Shown here: piece after piece, positions 48,487 to 57,451 of the stretch
Position numbering within the stretch: position 1 is the first letter of the stretch
How the letters are laid out: every line of letters begins with the position of its first letter
Assembly (NCBI GenBank): GCA_964512925.1
Contig: CAZEKH010000001.1
Coordinates: 200,226-264,225, forward strand
Origin: an uncultured Candidatus Saccharibacteria bacterium
Lineage (GTDB): Bacteria; Patescibacteriota; Doudnabacteria; UBA920
DNA: 64,000 nucleotides
Reading direction: 5' to 3'
The notes under the pieces: generated by a model
Database searches by the model: none
Seen by the model: the letters and a program-made list of their open reading frames with translations, nothing else
Told to the model about the DNA's origin: nothing
Position numbers and translations under genes: made by a program

Positions 48487-51165
48487 ATGCAAATCAAAGA
48501 AAATCTGCAAACAAGAAAAAAAAACGCTTTAGGCGAGTTGGGCGAAAAAATCTTTTTGGACCGCTATGCGGTCAAAGATATGAAAAGGGAAACCTTGGCC
48601 GTGGGCGACCGGGTGGTGGTTTTGGTTAATCCAAAAACCGGACAACGCGAGATAGGCGAAATAGAAACTTTGGATTTGACGCTAAATCAGGTGACAGTTA
48701 AGATGCGCGACGGACAGATAGAAACCAGACTGATTGAGCATATAGACAAGCCGCTGGAAACTGTGCCGGAACAGATGTTTGAGAGAATGGCCAAACATAT
48801 CGCCAGCGCCGAGAGGACAGAAGAAAAAAAGAAAGAGTGGACAGACAAGTTCCGCGAAATGATGGATGACTGGAAATATGTGCCAGCTGGGCGCATCTTT
48901 ACTGGCGCGGGCACGGGACAGAACCTGACTTTTTATAACTGCTATGTTTTGCCTTGTCCGAAAGATTCCCGCTCCGGCATTTTTAAAGCTTTGTCCGATA
49001 TGGCGGAGATTTTTTCCCGCGGCGGCGGCAACGGGCTGAATGTTTCCACTCTCAGGCCAAAATACGCTTATGTTAAAGGCGTGAACGGACGCTCTTCCGG
49101 CGCGGTTTCCTGGGCATCGTTGTATTCATTTGTTACAGGTTTGATAGAGCAAGGCGGCAGTAGGCGCGGCGCTTTGATGTTGATTTTAAATGTCTGGCAT
49201 CCGGATGTGATTGATTTCATTAACTCTAAAAAACAAGCTGGCAATATCACCAATGCCAACATTTCCGTTGGTATCACAGACGAGTTTATGAAAGCCGTAA
49301 AAGAAGACGCGCCTTGGGATTTGGTTTTCCCAGACACTTCCGACCCTTTGTACGACTCCCACTGGCAGGAATGCCAGGGCGACATCCGCAAGTGGAAAAC
49401 TTTAGGCGGCAAAATCAACAAATACAAAACTGTCAGAGCCCGAGACATTTGGGACAATATCATTGAGTCGGCCTGGTCTTCGGCTGAGCCGGGGATGTAT
49501 TTCATTGATCAGGCTAACTATTATTCCAACTCCTGGTACTATGCCACTTTGCCTTGCACCAACCCGTGCGGCGAGCAGCCACTGCCGGCTTGGGGTGTTT
49601 GCAATTTAGGGCACGTGAATTTAGCCAAGCATATCAACAAAGATACCGGTGAAGTTTTGTGGAACGACCTAAAGCAAACCGTGTCGTACGCGGTACGTTT
49701 TCAGGATGATGTCATAGACGCCACCCCGTACTTTTTCGATGAAAATAAAAATCAGCAGATGGGGGAGAGACGGGTTGGCTTAGGAACTTTGGGTTTGGCG
49801 GAAATGCTTATCTATAAACAGATTCGTTACGGCAGTCCAGAGGCTGTGGAGTTCATAGACAAACTCTACCAGTTCATTGCCATCACGGCTTACGAAACTT
49901 CAGTTGAGTTGGCGCGGGAAAAAGGCGCGTTTCCGAAGTTTGACGCGGAAAAGTTTTTACAATCCGGATTTATGAAAGGTATGCCGGAATACATCCGCCA
50001 GATGGTGCGCCAGCACGGCATCAGAAATGTTACCATCTTAACCCAGGCGCCGACCGGCACTGTGGGAACAATGGTTGGAACTTCCACTGGCATTGAACCG
50101 TTTTTCTCCTGGACGTATTTTAGAAAGTCCAGGCTTGGCGTTCACGAAGAAAAAATAAAACTGGCTTCCGAATATTTGGAAAAGCATCCGGAAATTTCCG
50201 AGCTGCCGAAGTTTTTTGCCACAGCTATGGATTTAACCCCGGAAGAGCACGTAAAAGTTCAGGCTGCGGTGCAAAGATGGACTGACTCAGCTATCTCTAA
50301 AACTTGCAATGCTCCTTCTAACTACTCCATCGAACAAACCAAACAGCTTTATACTTTGATGTATGATTTGGGCTGTAAAGGCGGAACTATTTACCGCGAC
50401 GGCAGCAGGGATGAGCAGATCTTAGCCACTGACCATAAAAAACTGGGCAAGGATGCTTCGGACCAGGTGGAGGCTTCTTCAGTCAAGGAGCAGGCTAAAG
50501 AAGGCAAAGAAGAAAGAGTGAGAGAGGTGATGTCAGTATCTGGAGAAAATGTACAGATCAAAATCGCGCCGCGTCAGAGGCCGGACACAATGCAGGGCGT
50601 AACTTATAAGATGAATACAGCTTACGGCAATTTGTATGTAACCATCAACGAAGACTTGCATGGTCCGTTTGAAGTTTTTGCCCAGATGGGCAAAGCTGGA
50701 GGGTTTTTCTCAGCCCAGACTGAAGCTATCACTCGGCTTGTGTCTTTGTCACTTAGAAGCAATGTGGCTATAGAAGAAATCATTGACCAGCTTAAAGGTA
50801 TCCGCGGGCCAGATGTGTCGTTCTCCCAGGAAGGCATGGTATTTTCTCTTCCCGATGCTATGGCCAAAGTTTTGGAAAAGCATATCAAACGCGGCCAACA
50901 GCAGCTGAGTTTGCCAATGAACCAGCCGGATTTGTCTTTAAAATCGCCTTCAGCTCCTGCGGTAGAAAAAGTCCAGGAAAAAGTTGTGGAAACTTTGTCC
51001 TCGGTGCAGGTGACAGCCGGCGGCGCTACTTTGACCCAAAAAACCCAAAGGGTGTCCATAGCTAACTTAGGCAATGCTCCGGTGTGCCCCACCTGCGCCA
51101 ATATGATGGTTTTTGCGGAAGGCTGTATGAAATGCGAAGCTTGCGGGTACAGTAAATGCGGATAG
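48487..51165 (+). CDS. nrdJ: class II (adenosylcobalamin-dependent) ribonucleotide reductase
   Basis: RNR class II core (…CNLGHVNL…, …TCNPCGEQPLP…), C-terminal CxxC…CxxC zinc ribbon; adjacent nrdR. Confidence 0.85.
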   Translation: MQIKENLQTRKKNALGELGEKIFLDRYAVKDMKRETLAVGDRVVVLVNPKTGQREIGEIETLDLTLNQVTVKMRDGQIETRLIEHIDKPLETVPEQMFERMAKHIASAERTEEKKKEWTDKFREMMDDWKYVPAGRIFTGAGTGQNLTFYNCYVLPCPKDSRSGIFKALSDMAEIFSRGGGNGLNVSTLRPKYAYVKGVNGRSSGAVSWASLYSFVTGLIEQGGSRRGALMLILNVWHPDVIDFINSKKQAGNITNANISVGITDEFMKAVKEDAPWDLVFPDTSDPLYDSHWQECQGDIRKWKTLGGKINKYKTVRARDIWDNIIESAWSSAEPGMYFIDQANYYSNSWYYATLPCTNPCGEQPLPAWGVCNLGHVNLAKHINKDTGEVLWNDLKQTVSYAVRFQDDVIDATPYFFDENKNQQMGERRVGLGTLGLAEMLIYKQIRYGSPEAVEFIDKLYQFIAITAYETSVELAREKGAFPKFDAEKFLQSGFMKGMPEYIRQMVRQHGIRNVTILTQAPTGTVGTMVGTSTGIEPFFSWTYFRKSRLGVHEEKIKLASEYLEKHPEISELPKFFATAMDLTPEEHVKVQAAVQRWTDSAISKTCNAPSNYSIEQTKQLYTLMYDLGCKGGTIYRDGSRDEQILATDHKKLGKDASDQVEASSVKEQAKEGKEERVREVMSVSGENVQIKIAPRQRPDTMQGVTYKMNTAYGNLYVTINEDLHGPFEVFAQMGKAGGFFSAQTEAITRLVSLSLRSNVAIEEIIDQLKGIRGPDVSFSQEGMVFSLPDAMAKVLEKHIKRGQQQLSLPMNQPDLSLKSPSAPAVEKVQEKVVETLSSVQVTAGGATLTQKTQRVSIANLGNAPVCPTCANMMVFAEGCMKCEACGYSKCG

Positions 51166-51183
51166 AGCGAAGCACTATATTTT

Positions 51184-51204
51184 TCTCCCCAAGACTTGGG
51201 GAGA
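51184..51204. repeat. Family-A short form TCTCCCC-AAGACTT-GGGGAGA
   Basis: directly after nrdJ stop, fused to a family-D element. Confidence 0.55.
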
Positions 51205-51232
51205 TGTCCCGATGAATATCGGGACAGAGAGG
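51201..51232. repeat. Family-D hairpin (GAGATGTCCCGAT-GAAT-ATCGGGACAGAGAGG)
   Basis: directly after nrdJ. Confidence 0.6.
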
Positions 51233-51300
51233 TTGAGTAAAAATTGAAAATTTAAAAATCAAAAATTAAAATTACAGTTTAAAATTTAAAATTAAGAAAT

Positions 51301-51627
51301 ATGCCTTATATCAATCAAAAATATAGAACTGATTTGGATCCAATAATAGACAATGCCGCAGAAGTGATTGTCAGGCAAGCAAAAGAGATGGGGTACGACG
51401 GGGCATTTTTTGGGTTGCTTAATTATTTTTGCACCCGCTTGGCTCTGCAAATAATAAAACAAAATTTTGGAAAATTGAGATACTGGCTGATAGCCGGGAC
51501 AGTTGGAGTGTTTAAAAATATTGGCGATGAGTTTTACCGAAGACTTGGATACCCTTATGAGGATAAGCAAATTAAAGAAAATGGCGATGTGGACTTGTAT
51601 GGGGAATTTGAGAAAGGTATAAAATAA
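51301..51627 (+). CDS. hypothetical protein
   Basis: 108-aa ORF, no motif. Confidence 0.35.
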   Translation: MPYINQKYRTDLDPIIDNAAEVIVRQAKEMGYDGAFFGLLNYFCTRLALQIIKQNFGKLRYWLIAGTVGVFKNIGDEFYRRLGYPYEDKQIKENGDVDLYGEFEKGIK

Positions 51628-51719
51628 AAAATCAGGCGGCCTCGTCGTCTCCGAGAACCGCCTTATTGATGTTCATCACTGACTCCTTTAGGAGTGTATG
51701 ATTGCAAAATTGTTATATT

Positions 51720-52406
51720 ATGTCAATAAAAAAGAAACCCACAAATAAACGGATCAAAATGCCGGAGAAGTTTTCTGACGAGCCGAAGGGGTTGGTGATT
51801 TGTTATTTGGGGGCGGGGAAGGGGAAGACTACGGCGGCGATGGGGATGGCTGTTAGGGCGGCTGGAGCCGGGATGAATGTTTATATACTGCAGTTTGTAA
51901 AAGCAAAGGGAGCGGACGAGGAGGGGAAAAAAGTCGGCGAGTGGCCGGTGTCGAGCGAAATTGAGTTTTTTAATGCTTTGGAACAATATCACCCCCTAGC
52001 CCCCTCTTATGCTAAGAGGGGGAATGAAGGGGAGGGAAGAATTGGAAATATCTATAATGAGCAAGTTGGTTTAGGGTTTGTGGGGATATTGGGCGACCAG
52101 AAAGAAAAGGCAGTTCATATCAAAGCGGCGCTGGATGGGTTAAACAAAGCCAGGGAAATTATTTCCAGCGGACGATACCAAGTCGTTATTTTAGACGAGA
52201 TTATTTCCGCTTTGGAATCCAAACTTTTGGAAGAAAGGGATATTTTGGATTTAATCTCCGTCAAAAGTCCACTTCAGCATCTGGTTTTGACGGGACATAA
52301 TAAATTCCCTAAAATACTGGAGCGTTGTGATTTGGTTACGGAAATGGTGATGGTGAAGCACCCATACTATAAAGGGATACTTGCGCAAAGAGGAATAGAT
52401 TATTAG
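51720..52406 (+). CDS. cobO: ATP:cob(I)alamin adenosyltransferase, CobO/BtuR family
   Basis: P-loop GAGKGKTTAA…, …VVILDE…, …LVLTGHN…; in-frame palindromic-element insertion; start uncertain (TTG 51702, ATG 51720 or 51759). Confidence 0.7.
   Translation: MSIKKKPTNKRIKMPEKFSDEPKGLVICYLGAGKGKTTAAMGMAVRAAGAGMNVYILQFVKAKGADEEGKKVGEWPVSSEIEFFNALEQYHPLAPSYAKRGNEGEGRIGNIYNEQVGLGFVGILGDQKEKAVHIKAALDGLNKAREIISSGRYQVVILDEIISALESKLLEERDILDLISVKSPLQHLVLTGHNKFPKILERCDLVTEMVMVKHPYYKGILAQRGIDY
51991..52036. repeat. Family-A-like element
   Basis: in frame inside cobO. Confidence 0.6.
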
Positions 52407-52498
52407 AATTGTTCCTGCCTACCAGCAGGCAGGCTAATTTCTAATTATACTAATTGACCTAATAAAATTTTCAATAAACAATTTTCAATCAATTTTAA

Positions 52499-52912
52499 AT
52501 GCTTAAATTTTTGAATGTTAAAAAAGGTATTTATTTAGGGTTAGTAATTTTTTTAGCCGCAAGTTGTGGCGTAAAAACTAAACCCTCTACCCTTGACCCT
52601 ATACCCTCAGCCGTACAGCAAATCCAGGTGAGGCATAAAGTTGAGGGAGTGGACAGGGGTGACCAGCTGTTTAACTTTTATGAAAATGAAAACAAAACCG
52701 CTTTAGACCTTTTAAAAAGCGGGCACAATGTGGAGACAAAAAGTTTTTCCGGAGTGGGTGAGTTTGTGGAAAGTATAAACGGAGTTAAAGCGGACGGGAA
52801 AAAAGAATTTTGGGCATTTTACTTAAACGGTCAGCAAGCCCAGGTTGGGGCATCGGATTATAAGCCAAAAAATGGAGATGTGATAGAATGGAAAGTGGAG
52901 AAGATCAAGTAG
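52499..52912 (+). CDS. DUF4430-like lipoprotein (putative cobalamin-binding)
   Basis: lipobox LAASC; C-terminal …FWAFYLNGQQAQVGASDYKPKNGDVIEW… typical of DUF4430. Confidence 0.5.
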   Translation: MLKFLNVKKGIYLGLVIFLAASCGVKTKPSTLDPIPSAVQQIQVRHKVEGVDRGDQLFNFYENENKTALDLLKSGHNVETKSFSGVGEFVESINGVKADGKKEFWAFYLNGQQAQVGASDYKPKNGDVIEWKVEKIK

Positions 52913-53094
52913 TTGAACAAAGTTATACTTTTGGGTTAGGGTTTAAGTGAATAAATTAAAATAATATTTAACAGACATTGAAAATTAATCTAATTTCTAA
53001 TTGTTCTAATTGACCTAAAATTAAATTGCTTCGGATTTTTTAGAATAATTATTAATTAGTCCGCCAGATGGCGGAAATTAGAACAATTTAAAAT

Positions 53095-53694
53095 ATGGTT
53101 TACTTAATAATACTTTTAGCAGTTTTGTCCAGGTTTGTGCCGCATATGCCAAACTTTGCGCCCATAACCGCTTTGGCTATTTTTACCGCAGCTTATATGC
53201 CGTGGAAAAAAGCCGCGGGACTGACTTTGGTTGTTCGTTTGATCAGCGACATTTTTTTGGGATTTTTCTCCTGGCCGATGATGCTGGCTGTTTATGCTTC
53301 GCATCTGGCAGGAATTGTGTTTGGAGTATGGATAAAGAACTCCTCCCGGCCTCCTCTTTGCCAAAGAGGAGGAGTTAAAGAGAAGTTATATTCCCCCTCT
53401 TTACCAAAGAGGGGGTTAGGGGGAGTTAATTTTTCTAAGGTTTTTGTGTCCTCGTTAGGTTCCTCAATAATCTTTTTTTTAGTCACAAACTTTGCTTTTT
53501 TGTATTCTAACTACCCGCATACGTTAGCGGGCATACTTCAAGCTTATATAAACGGCCTGCCTTTTTTGCGCGGTACGATGTTTGGCGATTTAGTTTATTC
53601 CTTTGCTTTTTTTGGAGCGTATGCTTTGGCTTCAATGAAGTTCAAATTTGCAAATAGGACAAATCTACAAATGATTACAAATGATAAATATTAG
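53095..53694 (+). CDS. small polytopic membrane protein, possibly an ECF-type S component (speculative)
   Basis: 5-6 TM helices; two in-frame palindromic-element insertions in a loop; adjacent to the DUF4430 gene. Confidence 0.3.
   Translation: MVYLIILLAVLSRFVPHMPNFAPITALAIFTAAYMPWKKAAGLTLVVRLISDIFLGFFSWPMMLAVYASHLAGIVFGVWIKNSSRPPLCQRGGVKEKLYSPSLPKRGLGGVNFSKVFVSSLGSSIIFFLVTNFAFLYSNYPHTLAGILQAYINGLPFLRGTMFGDLVYSFAFFGAYALASMKFKFANRTNLQMITNDKY
53350..53373. repeat. Family-A-like short palindrome CCTCCTCTTTGCCAAAGAGGAGG
   Basis: in frame inside the 53095 membrane-protein CDS. Confidence 0.55.
53393..53425. repeat. Family-A-like element
   Basis: second in-frame copy inside the 53095 CDS. Confidence 0.55.
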
Positions 53695-53724
53695 AAAATT
53701 TGTTTCAGTTGTATATAAGAATTT

Positions 53725-54171
53725 ATGCAAAAAGGTATAGATTTTGTTGGAGTGGCGGTTACTTATTTTTGCCACGATGGCAAAGGAAATTTTGTTTTAG
53801 ACAAGCGAGGTCCAAACAGCCGTGACGAGCAAGGTTTGTGGGAGCTGGGCGGCGGAGGTTTGGAGGTTAAGGATTCTGTGGAAGAAACCTTAAGAAAAGA
53901 AATCAAAGAAGAGTATGGCTGTGATGTAATATCTTTTGAATTTTTAGGTTTTCGTGATGTATTTCGTTCGATAAATGACATACAGACGCATTGGGTAACT
54001 TTGGATTTCAAAGTGTTGGTTGACCCAAAACAGGTTAAGAATGGCGAGCCAAATAAGCTTGAAGATGTTAGATTTTTTACGTTTGAAAATATTCCCGACA
54101 AAGATCAATGTCACTCCCAGCTTTGGCATTTTTTAAACAAGTATAGGCAAAAACTTGAAACTAACAGTTAA
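53725..54171 (+). CDS. NUDIX hydrolase
   Basis: NUDIX box GGGGLEVKDSVEETLRKEIKEEYG. Confidence 0.8.
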   Translation: MQKGIDFVGVAVTYFCHDGKGNFVLDKRGPNSRDEQGLWELGGGGLEVKDSVEETLRKEIKEEYGCDVISFEFLGFRDVFRSINDIQTHWVTLDFKVLVDPKQVKNGEPNKLEDVRFFTFENIPDKDQCHSQLWHFLNKYRQKLETNS

Positions 54172-54382
54172 AGTCCATCCCAATTCCAAAAATCCCCGTT
54201 TGGAAAAATCCGCGGATGGGCTTTTTGATATCTATGTAAAAGAATCGCCCCAGCAAGGAAAAGCCAACGAAGCAGTGGTAGAGGCTCTGTCTGAGTATTT
54301 TAAAATCCCCAAAACCACTATCACTCTGGTCAGAGGAGGTAAGTCAAAAATTAAAATTTTCAACCTAAGCTTACCATCCTAA
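54155..54382 (+). CDS. DUF167 (YggU/UPF0235) family protein
   Basis: 75 aa, …KANEAVVEALSEYF…TLVRGGKSK… pattern. Confidence 0.55.
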   Translation: MKLTVKVHPNSKNPRLEKSADGLFDIYVKESPQQGKANEAVVEALSEYFKIPKTTITLVRGGKSKIKIFNLSLPS

Positions 54383-54417
54383 CCCCTACTTACTACTTAC
54401 TAACCGCTAGTTTTTAT

Positions 54418-55872
54418 ATGTTAAGCAAGTCAAAACTTTTTATCTTAGCTTGTTTGTCCTTTTGCGCAGGGGTGTTTTTTTCTTCTTTCGTGTTTTGGGA
54501 AAATCCGGTTTGGTACAGTTTGATGTTTTTAGCTACATTTTTTTTAGGCTTTGGGATTTTGTTTAAGTATTTTAAGGTAGCGACTGGAGTTTTGGCATTG
54601 CTGTTTTTTGTTTTAGGCGCTTTAAGGCTGAATTCGAGCTTTCAGCCAAATGAATATGCAAATTTCTTTGACCAAAAAACAGCTTTTGAAGGTTTTGTGT
54701 CCGAAGACCCGGATGTTAGGGAGGACAAACAGTTTATCACCTTTCAGCCGGAAAATTTTACACAAAAGGTTTTACTAACTTTGCCTCTGGGGCAGGAGTT
54801 TTTTTACGGAGACAGGATATTTGTTGAAGGAAAAATCCAGGAAGCGAAAAATTTTTCAGAGTTTGACTATAAAGGTTATTTGGAAAGGTATGAGGTTTAC
54901 GCGGTTTCTCAGCGCCCCAAGGTTTTGATTCTAAAAAGCAACCAGCAAAACCCTGTGAAGTATTATCTTTTAAAAATAAAGCATAAGTTTTCGCAAAGAA
55001 CCGGCAAGTTTTTGCCTGAGCCGCACAACAGTTTACTTTTAGGTATTTTGATAGGCGCAAAAAAAGGTTTGCCAAAAAATATTATTGAGCATTTCAACAT
55101 ATCAGGCTTAACTCATATTTTGGCAGCTTCAGGGTTTAATATTTCTATCATAGTGATGGCAGTGGGGGAGTCGGCAAGGCTTATTGGCAGGAAAAAAAGT
55201 TTTTGGCTTTCCATCTTGGCTGTTTTCGCCTTTGGCGTGATCGCCGGGATGTCTGCTTCGGTAGTTAGGGCTTTGGTGATGGGAGGAATTTTGCTTTTCG
55301 CGTTTCGTTTTGGCAGGCTTTACCGGGTGGGCGGGTCTTTGGTTTTGGCGGCATTTTTAATGCTTCTTTTAAACCCAAAGATTTTAGTTTGGGATGTGGG
55401 TTTTCAGCTGTCTTTTGCCGCTACTTTAGGCATTGTTTACGGGATGAAGATATTTCAAGGGTTTAATTTAGAAAATGAATTTGAATTGATAAGTTCAATA
55501 AAAACTCTTTTACTCGCCAGCTTGTGCGCTATTGTCGCAACTTTGCCTTTAAGCCTTTTGCATTTTGGCCAAGCTTCGCCTTATGCTTTGCTTGCTAACT
55601 TGCTCGTTTTGCCATTGGTGCCTTACTTGATGCTAATCGGGTTTCTGTCGGTATTGCCTGTGGTTGCTCCAGCCTTGGGATTTTTAGCCTTTTTAGGCAC
55701 AAGTTATATGCTGTTTGTGGTTTCATTTATTGACAGGCTTCCGGGATCGTCTTTACAATTTAGTATTCCATGGTGGGTTGCTGCCGGGGTATATATAGTT
55801 ATGATTTCGGGATACTTGAGCTGGCATCAGCAGAGAAAAAAAGCGGTTGCCAAGGCTTTGAAATTATGTTAA
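54418..55872 (+). CDS. comEC: ComEC/Rec2 family competence channel protein (no metallo-beta-lactamase domain)
   Basis: DUF4131-like N-terminus plus competence domain with LTHILAASGFNISII. Confidence 0.75.
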   Translation: MLSKSKLFILACLSFCAGVFFSSFVFWENPVWYSLMFLATFFLGFGILFKYFKVATGVLALLFFVLGALRLNSSFQPNEYANFFDQKTAFEGFVSEDPDVREDKQFITFQPENFTQKVLLTLPLGQEFFYGDRIFVEGKIQEAKNFSEFDYKGYLERYEVYAVSQRPKVLILKSNQQNPVKYYLLKIKHKFSQRTGKFLPEPHNSLLLGILIGAKKGLPKNIIEHFNISGLTHILAASGFNISIIVMAVGESARLIGRKKSFWLSILAVFAFGVIAGMSASVVRALVMGGILLFAFRFGRLYRVGGSLVLAAFLMLLLNPKILVWDVGFQLSFAATLGIVYGMKIFQGFNLENEFELISSIKTLLLASLCAIVATLPLSLLHFGQASPYALLANLLVLPLVPYLMLIGFLSVLPVVAPALGFLAFLGTSYMLFVVSFIDRLPGSSLQFSIPWWVAAGVYIVMISGYLSWHQQRKKAVAKALKLC

Positions 55873-55904
55873 GTTAAATAGGCAAAAAAATTAATACTAA
55901 AAAA

Positions 55905-56597
55905 ATGAGCAATAAAATATTAACAATAATTTCTTTGGTTGTGGTTTTTGCAGCCGGCGTATTTGCCTACTTTCAACTGAAAGGGCAGGCGCCTTACGAA
56001 ATCCAGCCAGAAAACAACGAAACAACTATGGATAACCAAACCCAAACTCCTGAAGCGGTTTGTCAGAGGAACTACGACGAACAGAAATTTAAAACCGACA
56101 AAGTCGCAACCAAAAACCAAAAGGTAAAAATCTCAGTCAAAGGTTTTGGGGAAATTGTAGTAGCTTTGGATGACGCGGCTGCGCCGAAAACCGTGGAGAA
56201 TTTTTTAAAACTGACAAACGCGGGATTTTATAACTGTTTGACTTTTCACAGGCTGGCTCGGGATTTCGTAGTGCAGGGCGGGGATCCGGAAGGAACCGGC
56301 AGGGGCGGACCTGGTTTTACAGTACCAGCCGAGATCAAGCTTAAACACTTAAAAGGCAGCATCGCGATGGCCAGGCTGGGGGATGATGCCAATCCAAAGA
56401 GAGATTCTTCCGGCAGCCAGTTTTATATTGCTTTAAACGATTTGCCTATGCTTGATGGGGCTTACACGGTGTTTGGCAAAGTGGAGTCAGGTATGGATGT
56501 GGTGGAAAAAATCGGTTCTCAAACTATAGCCGGCGGTGGCCAGGACGGCCCGCCCCAAACCCCGATTGTTATGGAAAGCGTAACGATAGTAAAATAA
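55905..56597 (+). CDS. cyclophilin-type peptidyl-prolyl cis-trans isomerase with N-terminal TM anchor
   Basis: FHRLARDFVVQGGDP…GRGGPGF… cyclophilin signature. Confidence 0.85.
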   Translation: MSNKILTIISLVVVFAAGVFAYFQLKGQAPYEIQPENNETTMDNQTQTPEAVCQRNYDEQKFKTDKVATKNQKVKISVKGFGEIVVALDDAAAPKTVENFLKLTNAGFYNCLTFHRLARDFVVQGGDPEGTGRGGPGFTVPAEIKLKHLKGSIAMARLGDDANPKRDSSGSQFYIALNDLPMLDGAYTVFGKVESGMDVVEKIGSQTIAGGGQDGPPQTPIVMESVTIVK

Positions 56598-56635
56598 TTA
56601 TTAAATATCTAGGACTTAATTACTTTCCCTTCTTT

Positions 56636-56668
56636 CCCCCTCCCTTGAGGGGAGGGGTTAGGGGAGGG
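56636..56668. repeat. Family-A element
   Basis: intergenic between cyclophilin and ndk. Confidence 0.7.
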
Positions 56669-56722
56669 TGATAATAATAGCCGTATCATTTAGCTTTGAT
56701 CATTAATTTTTAAAAAATTTAA

Positions 56723-57313
56723 ATGCAACATTTAAAACAAGAAAAAACTTTAGTATTGGTAAAGCCGGACGGCGTAAAGCGCGGACTTATAGGCGAGATT
56801 GTAGGCCGCATTGAACGCAGGGGACTGAAAGTCATTGCTTTGAAAATGGTTCAGGTAGGACGGGAACATTTGGAAAATCATTTTCCGAAAAGCGATGAGT
56901 GGGTAGGAAGGCTCGGGGATAAAGGACTTTCAACTTTTGCGGACTATAAACTGGATCCAAAAGAGCATCTCGGGACCGATGACAGAATGGAGATTGGCAG
57001 GAAAGTCAAAGAAAGCCTTTTTGCTTATATGACTTCTGGGCCCATAGTGGCTTTAGTCATAGAAGGTATTCACGCTATAGATATGGTTAGGAAATTGGCT
57101 GGGCATACTTTGCCTTTTAAAGCTGAGATGGGAACTTTGAGAGGGGATTTCTCCGTGGATAGTCCAGCTATTGCCAATGTAGAAGGTAGAGCCATAAAAA
57201 ATATAATGCACGCTTCTGAAACTCCGGAAGAAGCTAAAAACGAAATCGCTTTGTGGTTTAAGCCGGAAGAGATCCACAGCTACAAGCGGGCAGAAGAAGA
57301 CATAATGTTTTAA
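56723..57313 (+). CDS. ndk: nucleoside diphosphate kinase (with internal insertion)
   Basis: TLVLVKPDGVKRGLIGEIVGRIERRGLKV…, NIMHASE active-site His region. Confidence 0.75.
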   Translation: MQHLKQEKTLVLVKPDGVKRGLIGEIVGRIERRGLKVIALKMVQVGREHLENHFPKSDEWVGRLGDKGLSTFADYKLDPKEHLGTDDRMEIGRKVKESLFAYMTSGPIVALVIEGIHAIDMVRKLAGHTLPFKAEMGTLRGDFSVDSPAIANVEGRAIKNIMHASETPEEAKNEIALWFKPEEIHSYKRAEEDIMF

Positions 57314-57364
57314 AGACGCGGACTAACGCCGACTAAACGCAAACTTTTTCTTAAAATACAATTA

Positions 57365-57403
57365 AAAAATCCCCCCACTTATAATTTTATTGGGGATTTT
57401 TTT
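57365..57403. terminator. bidirectional rho-independent terminator (AAAAATCCCC…GGGGATTTTT)
   Basis: 10-bp stem flanked by A-run and T-run between convergent ndk and rel. Confidence 0.6.
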
Positions 57404-57451
57404 AACCTTGATCATTGTAGATCAGCGAAAAGTCCTATTAAGTCCGCGTTT

